DNA from: the human T2T-CHM13v2.0 reference genome, Homo sapiens
Assembly: GCF_009914755.1 (NCBI RefSeq)
Contig: NC_060939.1
Length of the DNA stretch: 64,000 bases
Direction: 5' to 3' (one strand)
Shown: positions 16,202 through 31,654 of the stretch, one piece after another
Layout: every line of letters begins with the position of its first letter
Numbering within the stretch: the stretch's first letter is position 1
Translations under genes and position numbers: made by a program
Notes under the pieces: model-generated
Database searches by the model: none
Told to the model about the DNA's origin: nothing
What the model saw: the letters and a program-made list of their open reading frames with translations, nothing else

Positions 16202-17249
16202 AAAATGCTCTTAAGATACAAAAACTAGAGTGGATAAATAAACTATTTCTCTGGATCTTTGATTAAGACTGCACACCCCACGGTAGTGCAGTTATTTCCA
16301 TTGTGCCTGTAAGTGTGCTTTACCATCCTGAGTGAAGAGTGAAGGGACCATGATTAAAATTCCCATGACATTGTATGGTTTTATGATTGTGGTTTCAAGT
16401 CTTGCTCTCTCTCAACTAATTTTTGTGACCTTAGACTAGAAAATAGTTTTTTTTTTTGTTTTTTTTTTGGAGCTGCAGTTCCACTGTGTGTAAGATGGGA
16501 AAAACAGTACCTATTTTATATACCATATTGCTCGTTGCTGGACACATATGTGTCCAGCAAGCATTTATTTTTTGTCTGTGGTTGTACCTATAATTGGGGA
16601 GAATTTTTTTTCTTTAAGTGTAGATCAATTATGGTATAGGACATTGGAAGGTAGAAGAAGAGGTACTATATACAGCAGTTACTGACCTTTCCAGTCTGAA
16701 TTCCTATTTAGAAATAAACTACTTATGTTATTTGTGTTACTGTTTTAGGAGACATGAATTGGCTAATAAGTTGTTTGCAGTGTTGTTTCTTTGCTAATTT
16801 TTGTAAATGTAATTAGATTTCATAACATTTTGTGTTAGGAGAACATAGACACTTTGAGAGAAAAATGCATAATAAAAGCTAATTTGATGGTTTCTAGGGG
16901 TAGTTCTATTTTGAAATTCCTTTCAGCAGACAATATGAGACAGCATATTATGGGCTAGGCCCTGAAAGAACCAAGGGAGAGTAAAGCACAGTCCTAGGCC
17001 ACAAAGAGTATGTCTCTGGAGGATAAGATCTCTGGATTTTTTGTCCTACTTACAAAACAGAAATAATATATTTTATGCTAGTTACAAGTAGTATAAGCTC
17101 ATTGAAGAAATATTTAAGCAGAAGGAATGTGCACCAGCCACTAGGAATGCAAAGATAATTGGGGTATAGTGAGAGATATGGAAATTTGTTGTGTAACAAT
17201 GTTAGAGTACCAACTTTGTGGTATACAGGCTTCTAAGGAACACAGATGA

Positions 17250-17609
<360 letters not shown>

Positions 17610-18339
17610 TGAGTAGGAATTTGCCAGGCCTGGGTTGAGGAGAGAAAGAATGGAATGATGGTTCTGCTGTGATACACTGTGTGCAAAGAAACAGACGTCA
17701 AAGAGCTTGGTGTGTTTGAACTCAGTGAGCAGTGAGGTGTAGAATTATTTCGTGTGGATAGGGTGTGGTCACCGAATTAGGTTAGAAAGTCAAAATGGGG
17801 TGGGTGGAAGCGTCTTTTAGTTTGTCCTCTTGAAGCAAAAGGGAGGATAGTCTGGTTTTGTTTTGGATACCTCATTCTGTGAGCAGTAGAGGATAGTGGC
17901 TTGGCAGAGGGAGAAGGGAGCATTGCCTCTCAGACAAGTTAGAGGAGGCCATTACCATAGTTTTGGACAGATTGTGAGGGCTTGAATGCAGTGAGGTTGG
18001 AAGGGAGCCAGCAGATCTAATGGACATTTTGAAAGTTGAATGGATGAAACTTGTTGAGTAGATGGTGGGAATTAGGAGGTGGTAGTTGTCCAGAATAACT
18101 GGGAATTTCTAGCACAGGCTGCTGGGTGAATGAGAGTGCACTGAGGGGCATGATTCATTCTGGCATGGGAGAGGAGTTGGCTTCCTGGAAGTGGTAATGT
18201 TTACATTTGGCTTAGATTACCTCATTCAAAGTGGTTCTTGATTTTGCCCACAATCTATTTTAGAGTCCATTTATTCATCTAGAAAGTACCAACTGCTTAC
18301 TGCATGCCAGTAATTGATATTTTAAGAATATTAAAAAAT

Positions 18340-19670
18340 GTTAATTGTGGTAAACACACATACCATAAAATTTACCATCTTAACCATTTACCGTCTTAAT
18401 CATTTTTAAGTGCAGAGGCAGTGGCATTTAGCTCTTTCACATTGTCGTGCAGTCATCACCACTGTCCATTTCCATGACTCTTTTCATGTTGCGGAACGGA
18501 AATTTTGTACCCATGAAACAATAACTTTCTATTTCTCGCTCCTCCGTGTCCCTGGCAAATACTTTTCTACTTCCTGTTTCTATGGATTTGACTATTCTGG
18601 GTACTATATGTAAATGATACCACACAGTCTGCGTTCTTGTGACTGGCTTACTTCACTTAGCACAATGTCATTAGAATTCATCCATGTGGTAGCATGTGTC
18701 AGAATGTATTTCCTTTTTAAGGCAGAATAATATTCCATTGTATGTATATACCACATTTTGTTTATCCATTCATCCACCAATGGACACTAGAGTTGTTTCC
18801 ACATATGGGTTATTGTGAATAATGTTGCTTTGACCATGGGTGTACAGACATCTTTCGAAGTCCCTGCTTTCAGTTCTTTGGCGTATGTACCCAGAGGTGG
18901 ACTTGCTGGATCATATGGTAATTCTATTTTTAATTTTTTGAGGAGCTGCCATACTGTTTTCCATAGTGGCTGTACCATTTTACATTTCTAACAGCAGTGC
19001 ACAAGTGTTCCAGTTTCTCTGTACCCTCACCAACACTTGTTATTTTCTGTTTTTGTGACAGTAGTCATCTTATAGTGTGTGAAGTGATATCTCATTGTGG
19101 TTTTGATTTGCATTTTTCTAGTAGTTAGTGATGTGAGCATCTTTTTATGTGGTTATTGGCTATTTGTATATCTTTTTTGGAGAAATATTTGTTCAAATCC
19201 TTTGCCTGTTTTTCATTTTTATTTTATTTTAATTTAATTATTTTTTTGAGATGGAGTTTCACTCGTCGCCTAGCCTGGAGTGCATAGGCACGATCTCTGC
19301 TCACTGGAACCTCTGCCTCCCAGGTTCAAGCGATTCTCCTGCCTCAGCCTCCTGAGTAGCTGGGATGAAAGAGTGCACCACCACACCCAGCTAATTTTTT
19401 GTATTTTTAGTGGAGACAGGGTTTCATCATGTTGTCTAGGCTGGTCTCGAACTCTTGACCTCAGGTGATCTGCCTGCCTCGGCCTCCCAAAGTGCTGGGA
19501 TTACAGGTATGAGCCACCCTATCAGGTCCATTACCCTTTTTTTAAATTGGTTGTAGGAATTATTTATGTATTCTAAATATTAATCTCTTATTAAATAAGA
19601 GTTGCTAGAATTTTCTCCCATTCTGTGGGTTGCCTTTTCACTCTGTTGATTATATTCTTTGATGCAGCTA
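18340..19670 (-). mobile_element. L1MB-type LINE 3' portion, interrupted by an Alu
   Basis: 3'UTR ttaattgtggtaaa...aaatttaccatcttaaccatt. ORF2 C-terminal remnant [24 protein letters not shown] (ORF 18787-18978). Confidence 0.85.
19208..19529 (-). mobile_element. AluS-type SINE
   Basis: Antisense Alu dimer inside the L1MB. Confidence 0.85.
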
Positions 19671-19677
19671 GTAGTAG

Positions 19678-19981
<304 letters not shown>

Positions 19982-21054
19982 TGATGCAGCTAGTAGTTTT
20001 TTAATGAACCTTAAATTATAAGGGAGGTTGTTGCTTTTATAGTAACTTTACTGAGCTCAAATGAAGAAATTAGTTTCCTCCATTTTCCTTTAGAGGAGTA
20101 TGATATAATTTTATAATTTGAAAAAGGGTTGGTATTCACTTTTTCTGGAATTTTCCTTTCTAGGTATGATTTATGACCTAGTATCTTTTGAGTAATGTCT
20201 CCTTCCTTTCTTTTTCATGGCCCTCAGGTGTGGTTATTAGAATAAGCATCATGACCATGACTTCCCCGGGCTGGTCGCTCATCACCAGCTGTCCAGTTAG
20301 AAGCAAGTCTGGTCATACCTGCTTTTGTGTACCATGTCTTACAGTAGTAGTTGTCTTGGGGCTGTCTCCCTACTCATGCCCTTCTTGTCGACTTTCACCT
20401 GGGTCATGAGAATGGCTTCAAAATAGGTCTTCTGCTTCAGATTTCTCTTAATTTTCCTGTACACTGTTTGGACTGGCCTTTCCAAAACACCTTTCAGGGG
20501 CTTTGTGATGCTTTCAGGATCAAGTTCAGACACTAAGCTTGGCAGTCCAACTCCTTCTACCTTGACCTTAACCCCCCTTTGCAGTTATTTTCTTCCCTGG
20601 TCATTAGTATATTGGCAGTGTCAGTCAAGGCATTTTATCTTCCTTGGACTGGGGTAAGATGCTTGATAGGTGGGCCATTTCTCTTCTGCGACTCTCAGAT
20701 TTACCATCTGTCACCTGGACGTGCTTGTGCTGTGCTCTCTGCTTGGAATGCTGTCACCTCTTCACCTTGCCTGGTTTTTCAGGGCCTAACTCAAATCCCT
20801 TTCCTCCTTGAATCCTTCTCTAGCTGGTCCAGCCCATAGAGATCATTTTCCGTTCTCAGAATGATTATGGCATTTATTTTCTGTGCTGTTTCATTGGGCA
20901 ATTGATTGTAAATGGCTCTGTATTGTGTTAGCTTTTTGTGTGTTTTTAAGAAAATGTTCTGTCCCCTTTAGTTCCTTGTAGTAGTAATCATGACTTGTAC
21001 TCTATACAGGTTCTACACACGTAGGTAATTGATGGATCTTCATTGATCCTATAA

Positions 21055-22754
<1,700 letters not shown>

Positions 22755-22879
22755 ATTATAGCTTACAATGGATTGAAATAAGCTGATCCTCATGAAATAC
22801 TTTAGTTTCTTATTTGAAAATCTTTATAGAAACAACACAGAGGAAAATAATTAGTATCTGCTTTCATAATGCTGAGTTA

Positions 22880-23130
22880 TATTTATTGGGCACTTAATAT
22901 GTGCCTGACACTGCACTGAACACCGTACCTATATTATCTCCTCTAACCTTTATCTTATCCTGCAACGTATATATTACCTTAGTTTTACAAATCAGGGGGC
23001 TAAGGCACTGGCGGGTCAAGTAATTGGCCCAAGCTTATTTAAGAGGTAAGTAGTAGAGCTAAGTTTTAGACTTAGTTTAAGTTGAAATTGAAAGCCTGCG
23101 CTTTTCATCAGGATGTTCTGCTGCCTCACA
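22880..23130 (-). mobile_element. MIR
   Basis: tttattgggcacttaatatgtgcctgacactgcactg...ttttacaaatcagggggctaaggc...aagtaattggcccaag. Confidence 0.6.
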
Positions 23131-25217
23131 GAAAAGTTTGTAAGTCGGCACTGTGTCCGCACTGCTAATTGATCCTTAGGGAAAAGTGCAGAATGCTGTT
23201 GTCTGAAGATTGTTGATGCAAGGTTGAGCAGTGGCTGAAGATCCTGCGCATGTTTTCTTTTTATCCCAGGTCACGTAGTCTTGTACTGTTTTGTGGAGCT
23301 GGATCTTTAGAAGGTGGTTCTTTCAGAACTTCAGAACAGACCGTAACTGGAAGACTGTGGGCTTAGTTTCTTATGGTTACTAGTAGTTAGTATGTGAATC
23401 TAGCTCAAGGTTGGAGAGATTTTTCAGGATGGCTGTAGTTCAGTTGTCGTTGCTTATGCTAGTTCTTTCATTTCATTCAGGGGTATAGAAACTTTAGATT
23501 GTCTGAAAATGTTATTTTCAGGAGTTTTCCCATTGGGAGACAAGGAAGTGGGGATGGAGTTGAAGTCAGGTGAAGGTGAAGAGAATAGCACCATTGCCCT
23601 GACCCCTGGCTTTTGGGTTATTGTGCTGCAAGCATCAGGTGACTGAAAAAGCAAACATGAAAGTAGAGATTCAGAGAGGGGAAGTGACTCAACCCAGGCA
23701 CCCTGCACAGGAACATGTGTCATCACGGTTTCAGCTCCGGACGGTGAGATCGCAGTGTGTTCTCAGGCCCTTGTTAGGATTCTTAGCACAATAGTTGTTT
23801 CTGCTTGGTGGGTTTGTTGATTGAGAGCGCCTCAGAAGCATTTATATTCACAGTATCCCACGTGCCCTACTAACTCAACTTTATATTACATAGACAGCTA
23901 CTTTAAAATTGTCTTGGTACATGTATTTTGAAATTTATATGAACAGCTTTATTTACATTATCCATTATACTCCTCTATTAAAGAATATATGTATATTTTA
24001 ATTATACTTTTTTATACTCATTCAACTTTCATTGTTTTCTCCAACCTTTTTTACCACCTCAGTGGAAATGGAAATGAGAGTACCTGTTATAGCCTGAAAA
24101 GCAGAGGAAAAAAGGTGTAACTCTTTTTAAGGTTTTTCGTCATGTTTAACTTATGTGTTATTCCCAGATTTTTCTCCGATGTTCATACTGTCTCTTGAAA
24201 CCAGTCTTCCTTTTTTTCAGCACTATTGTGGCCTGTGTATAATTGGTACTTGTCTTTCAGATTTGTATTCTGTAAACAGGCTTTGACGGGGCAAATTTAA
24301 ACTGTTGTAAAGATTGCCTATTCATTTCTAATACATGTTTTGTGGTAGAATTGAATTGCTGATTGTGTGAAGGGTTTTTGAAAATGAGGGACAAACAAAA
24401 TGAGAACTTATGAATAGTAGCACAGTAAAAAAAAATCCAAGAGGAATAAGACCACCGTGCTTTCTTTTTTCACTTCTGAACTAGTCAATAGCTTTGTATT
24501 CTGGTGATAATTAACAAGGTTTCTATACATACACAAAAATGAGGGGTAGTGAGATTTAGATGATGATATAGAGAATGAAGATGGGAAAAAATCCTCTTGG
24601 TATTAATACATATGGTATAGGTACAGAGTGTTCCTTTATGTGTATAATTTGAAAAGGGTGAGGGAGCTCCAAAATAAGATAAGGAAGTTGGTAGACTACA
24701 TGTTTTGTTAATTCTTATGTTAGAGTGCCTTCTCCTGGTGTGGATGCATTTCTAAGATGAATAGTTAATTTGTTCTTGTTTCTTTTTCAAAGTCTCTTTG
24801 AGCAAATGACAAATTGAGATGTCCTAGCTTTAAGGAGAGACCATTGACATTTGCCTAATGCCTTCTCTTGTCTTAGGCTTTGCCTTGTATTAAAGAAGTA
24901 TATGACTGGATGTGACTAAAATGGTCTGGGAGGAGGGTTAGTATTCTGTTTTCTAAAATGGATTCTGGGATTGTTATATGCAATTGGTGCTTTAGGATGG
25001 GAGAAAATCACCTAAGTGTAACTTCAGAATGTGAGAAAGTGTGACCTGTCAACTGTTTTGGTTGGGTTTTCTATGTTGGAGTGGTTTGTTTCTTAAATTT
25101 TGCTCTCAGGTTTGGGGTGGTAGTGAAGTTACTCTGAAAATTCATAATTTTTCTATAATTAGTAACAGCATCCCAGGAGTTTCAGAGGGAAATACCTTTA
25201 AAAAAAAATGAGATGTG

Positions 25218-25895
25218 ACAGCACGCTGCCACGCCGACGCAGACCCCGCTCTGCACGCCAGCTCGCCCGCACCCCTCATGGCCACAGTTCAGCAGCTGGA
25301 AGGAAGATGGCGCCTGGTGGACAGCAGAGGCTTTGATGAATATGTGAAGGAGCTAGGAGTGGGAATAGCTTTGCGAAAAATGGACACAATAGCCAAGCCA
25401 GATTGTATCATCACTTGTGATGGCAAAAACCTCACCATAAAAACCGAGAGCACTTTGAAAACAACACAGTTTTCTTGTACCCTGGGAGAGAAGTTTGAAG
25501 AAACCACAGCTGATGGCAGAAAAACTCAGACTGTGTGCAACTTTACAGATGGTGCATTGGTTCAACATCAGGAGTGGGATGGGAAGGAAAACACAATAAG
25601 AAGAAAATTGAAAGATGGGAAATTAGTGGTGGACTGTGTCATGAACAGTGTCACCTGTACTCGGATCTATGAAAAAGTAGAATAAAAATTCCATCATCAC
25701 TTTGGACAGGAGTTAACTAAGAGAATGACCAAGCTCAGTTCAATGAGCAAATCTCCATACCGTTTCTTTTTTTTTTTTTTTCATTACTGTGTTCAATTAT
25801 CTTTATCCCAAACATTTTACATACAGCTATTTCAAAGTGTGTTGGATTAATTAGGATCATCCCTTTGGTTAATAAATAAATGTGTTTGTGCTAAT
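25218..25895 (+). pseudogene. FABP5P: FABP5 (epidermal fatty-acid-binding protein) processed retrocopy: 5'UTR, intronless CDS and 3'UTR
   Basis: Intronless copy with GC-rich 5'UTR and a 3'UTR with AATAAA at 25871/25875. TSD AAAAAAAATGAGATGTG at 25201-25217 and 25896-25912 at a TTT/AAAA L1-EN site. The specific FABP5P number was not determined. Confidence 0.95.
25278..25685 (+). CDS. Uninterrupted 135-aa FABP5-like ORF within the retrocopy (expression unknown)
   Basis: ATG 25278 to TAA 25683-25685, MATVQQLEGRWRLVDS...TRIYEKVE. Nine substitutions versus recalled human FABP5, with no indels or stops. Confidence 0.45.
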   Translation: MATVQQLEGRWRLVDSRGFDEYVKELGVGIALRKMDTIAKPDCIITCDGKNLTIKTESTLKTTQFSCTLGEKFEETTADGRKTQTVCNFTDGALVQHQEWDGKENTIRRKLKDGKLVVDCVMNSVTCTRIYEKVE

Positions 25896-27919
25896 AAAAA
25901 AAATGAGATGTGTATATTGATGATTATCTTTTAAAAAATAATGGGAGGTTTATGAGAGAGCTGGTGCACTTAAAGCCTGGTGGTTCAGTACGCATAACCC
26001 CTAGAGCTCAGTTTTCATGGATCAAGGCAGATTTGTAAATAGAAGAATAATGAGTCAGTATGGTAAATGTCAATGGGAAGATTCGAATGAAGTGAGATGG
26101 GAGCACAGAAGGATGGAGCAACTATATTTGCTTTGAGGAGTCAAGGAGGGAAGGACATTCTAAAATTTTGAGAGCATTAAAGAATAGGTTACTCTTTTAT
26201 AATTGTAGAGTTTATTGTACTATGTATTTGCATAAATGGACACATAATATTTAGTTAAATACCTCTATTCATTGTGCAGTTTATGTTTAGCACTGTGCCA
26301 GGTTCTTGGGGAAGGAGTTAAAAAATAAAAGATGTCCTGTTTCAGTACTTTCTTGGGAGTGGGGCTACTATGTGAACAGCTTGAGTAACATTTTGTTCAA
26401 GACTCAGTTGTGGGTAGCCAGGTACTGTGGTGGACTGGTGCTTTTGTTAAGTCTGGTTTTTTTCCTCCCTGCTGGTAAGCCACTTTAGAAATGATCAGTT
26501 TCATTAATGTAAAGTCATATTTTATACCTCTACGCACTAATTCCCGTGGACATGACTGGTAGCTACGATAATTTTTGGGACTCCAGTGGTCAATGAGTAT
26601 GTCTCAGGTACTTAATTTCTTCCATGGCTAACTAGTTTTTAGTGGGCAAAAGGAAATTTGAGAGAAGCTGCATAATTTGCTTTAACTTGCAGGGTGTGTT
26701 AAGTATTGAATCACATCTATTATGATTATGGAATTTTGGTGTGTGTTTGAATGTCAGAGATAGTGTTAAGGTCAGAATTCTGCTGAAAACTGACCCATCT
26801 GAAAACCAGTATGTTCACTCCATTCCACTCTTCAGCAAGGCCATAGTTTCCCTATCATGGTTCATTTCTCCTTTTCCCTGCCCATTAAAGGTAGCAAATT
26901 TTGGAGGTTCTTACACATTTGGGGTTCTTAAAATTGTTCTGTAATGTGTAAGCTCGGCTGTCCACAAATGATTATAGGATTGACATTTGTTATTTGGTGG
27001 AGTTTGATATATTAGAGTAATATAAATGTGTTATGCTTCAAAATGAAATACGGGATTTTTATTCACTAGTTTGTCTTTGTTTCATTCCTTTCCAAAAGAA
27101 AATTAATGCTTAACTTGAACAGCTGATTTTTTGCATTGTTTCCCTTAAAAGCTTGCTAGCATAGGAACAAAAGGTAACTTTTTTCTTTGCCTTTTATTGT
27201 TTTCTGATTGTTTGATATTAAGTTTTGGATTGATATTAGAAATATTAATAGTTTATCCTAGGCAGGAGCCAGCTTTCTTTAATATGTGCCAGATGAGCTT
27301 CCAGTAGTTTTTAGACTTTGAGATTTTAGAAACCTCATTTTCAGGGATGGGTGACTTCACTGCTTTTTCTTTGTCTTAATTTAAAATTGGTATGTATGAC
27401 CAAAGGAATCTTTCTGATACTCACTGGTCCTTTTTGGTGGAATCGAAATAGCGTATGAGCAATGGGCGTTTAAGTTAGAAAATATTCGTTTATGTAAAAA
27501 TTAACCAGAAATTACTGGAATGTAGTATTGGTCAAGGTTGTAGAGTCAAGTTAATCAGTATGATTAATGGGTATTAGGAATGGAAATGTTGCAATGTAAT
27601 GACAAGTCATGAATTGTTAAAAGAACAATCTGTTGTTAGCCCATTGATAAACTTTGTGAGATACTTATTTGAGAGCAAAGTTTGAAATCTTTCTTTTGCC
27701 GATTAAACATGACTGTCATTTTGCCATTTTCTGCTGTATTCCAACCATTACGTTCTAAGTGCTCATTTATCCTCACCAGGAGCCAGTGAAGAAGGCGACA
27801 TTATTCTAGTTTTACAGATGGAGAAATGCAGCTTATGTATTAAGCAGCTGATCAGGCAGCACAAAACCAAGGAAGTTATTAGTACTGGTAATTGAACCTA
27901 GATTTGTCTGGCTCCAGTC

Positions 27920-28575
<656 letters not shown>

Positions 28576-29966
28576 TGATACCTGTGCAGTGGCCAGTACT
28601 ATAAGCGGTAAAGAAACCAAGACTTCGGTTTTGCATGTTGTTGAATTATTTAAGCTTGTAGCATATAATTATAGCCACTAGTTTAATAAAATCAGTCATG
28701 ACAAAAAGTGATAAAGTAGCCTTGTCATAATGCAAATATTTGGTTGTCTTTCCCATATTTACAATTTTTACTTCTCTGAACAGGAGATGATGTAGGTTAA
28801 AATAAAATATTTAAGTAGCATTTAAAAGGCAAATAATTGCATTTAGTCTAGAGATAAGGAATCAATCGCATAGTTATCATTAATAATAAAGACCACAAGT
28901 GGCTAAGACCACTTTAACCACAAAAAGGAGACAGTTGAAATATTGTACATGGGTTTAAGTATAGATAATTAAATTCAGCAGTCTGCTTATAGTACCTGCT
29001 GTGTGCTGGGCATTGTTTAGATGTTCAGATGTTAAAATAAGAAATGGATTCTGTGCTCAAGGATGCCACCCTTAAGGGTTTAATTAGAGCCATTATTTCC
29101 AGAACCATTAATTAGAACCATTATTTCCAGAAAAATTTGGTGGTGATGGGAAGAGTCTTTGTATATTTTTGAACATTCCACAGTGGACACTGTTTGCTTT
29201 AAGTATAATCTTTGTATCATATCATCATAGGATTTGTAAAATTTTCAAACTTCTTTGCAAGTACTTTGCAAACTTCTTTGTATGCATTAAAAGAATGCGT
29301 GGTTCTGAGAGATTTAATTATGGCAGCCTCAGGGCCACTTTATAAAATGCTCTCCTTTTGATACTCTGTGAGTTGCCATTATGTTGCCCCATTTCTATTC
29401 CTGGTAAAGACTCACCGATCATACTGATGAACTTGATCTGCATTTTGGACTGAGCTTAGTCATACAAGTAACGTGGCCGCTGATACATTGTGTATCATTC
29501 TGGAAAACAATTGTATGTCACTGTTGACCCGGATATTTTTATGTATAGGATTGCTTAGTTGCAAGATAGATGAAAATATAGTTGCCTAATCATTTAAGAG
29601 TGAAAGATTCTTGGTATTCTAGTTTTTGGGTTGAGGAGGGAGAATAAAAAATTTTCCAAGTTTAGTGAGTTTTTTTGTTGGGGGATGGAGAGGGAATGTA
29701 GAGAGATGGTTAACCAGTATTTATGTCTCATTTCAAAATAATGACAGCTTTTTTTAAAAAGCTTGAAAGATAGTATATGCCTTTTGTCAGTAATCAACAT
29801 ATGTATGTAATCTATTCTGTTGATAAATGTCAATATCTAAGGATAAGTAGGGCACAGAGAAGGGAAATTGTGTACCTCATTTTCTCTGTAAGGCTGTAAA
29901 GAGTGAAGAGGGTGAGAGAAAGAAGGCACACCTTTCATATTCATCTGTCATTTCTAGAAGGCTTAA

Positions 29967-30291
<325 letters not shown>

Positions 30292-30895
30292 TTTTTTTTT
30301 TTAATCTGACTCTTTTAACAGTATTCTGATAGAGCAGCGATGGCTTCAAGACGTAGACTGTTGTCACTTCTTTTGTCTGCTGAGCTGCAAAACAGCTTCT
30401 TGGGATATCTGGCCCATGACTTTGGATAGGATTGATGGCTTCCCTAGCCCAGTCTGTTCATTCATCTTTGGAGTTGATTTCTTATCTTTCCTGCTTGAAA
30501 AGAATGGATGCAGGGTATGGTATGATTCTGATTATGTTTTTATTCAATATGAAGCAATTAGTTGACCATACCATGAGACAGAAAAGACAAATACTCATTG
30601 AAAGTTGATACTTAAAACTCTTACCCTAATTGGGATTAGGAGGAAGAGTACTTTATTTCACCAGAGAATAATGCCAGAAAATTTTGCTAAGGGTAAAAGT
30701 GTGGGGACCATTTTCGAAGGAGGTCAAGAGCTAGCTATTTTATGTAAGGGAAATTATCTGAATGGGATGGAATTATAAGGAAAGGAAGCTGAAATATTGA
30801 AAGAGAATTTCCCCCAATATTTTCTTAAATGTGGGCTATTACTTTTTCATTGGAAAAAATTTAAAAGGACTACATTAAAAATGAGAATACTTAAC

Positions 30896-30981
30896 AGGCT
30901 GAAGTAGGAGGATTGCTTAAGTCCAGGAGTTTGAGGCCAGACTGGGCAACATGGCAAGACCGTGTCTCTCTAAAAAAAAAA
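30896..30981 (+). mobile_element. Truncated old Alu monomer fragment
   Basis: aggctgaagtaggaggattgcttaagtccaggagtttgaggcc...tctct(A)n. Confidence 0.7.
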
Positions 30982-31619
30982 TCGGAATTCTGCATTTTAA
31001 GGAGTGTGGTTCATTCCTAGTTATAGATTAGGACAGTTGAATTATGTGAAGGTCTGAGAACTATTTCCAATATATAGACTTTTATTAAACAAAGGTATAG
31101 ATGGATGATGACTTAGAAATGCAGGCGGTGATTTTGTTTCATGCCTAGTTTCTCAAGTTTTAGAAAATGGTGACAGTCTCAGAGAAAACAAGCAACTATT
31201 TTGTGAAATCTCCAGGTGTCAAAACAGTCCAAGGCACATATAATTAGAATAAATTAAGGGAGAATGTTGCTTTAGAGTTCTTGTGGTGCACTAGTCATTC
31301 TTAAAGGGTGAGCAAGGCAAAAACTAAAAATAGATGGAAGCTTATCTGCACATTTGAACTTGTGGAACAGCTGGAGTGGGTCTCTTACTCCCTTACTCTT
31401 CCTAACTGAATAATTCTCCCTCTCTGGTTATTTGCTGTATTGAGAAAGTCTTCACTGGCTCTCCTGGCGTTTTTGAGAAGGATATTAAAGGGGCTTGAAT
31501 TAGAGCACAGGAAGTGGAATAAATGGCAGGAAACATTTGATCATTTCTGTCACTGTCAGAATGAAAGCCCAATATTTGATTTGAGAGGTTGCAGGACAGT
31601 AGCAAATGTTTTGATGGGT

Positions 31620-31654
31620 TTGTGTGTGCGCGTGTGCGCGCGCGCCTGTGCACA
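31620..31654. repeat. (TG)/(CG) alternating purine-pyrimidine tract
   Basis: tgtgtgtgcgcgtgtgcgcgcgcgcctgtgcacac. Confidence 0.85.

Noticed and set aside
23250-23320. Possible host exon after ttttcttttatcccag|G (similar AG sites at ~8296, ~53894, ~54283)
   Set aside because: Acceptor-like sites are common in T-rich introns, and there is no strong paired donor or recognisable protein sequence.
23729-23748. REST/RE1-like motif TTCAGCTCCGGACGGTG
   Set aside because: The half-site spacing is wrong and both halves have mismatches; compatible with chance.
25215-25277. 21-aa N-terminal extension of the FABP5-like ORF in the ORF track
   Set aside because: It starts at a GTG inside the TSD and reads through the parental 5'UTR. 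The true homologous start is ATG 25278.
29423-29484. Possible C/D box snoRNA (CTGATGA...CTGA)
   Set aside because: Imperfect C box, no terminal stem, and no recognisable rRNA/snRNA guide.
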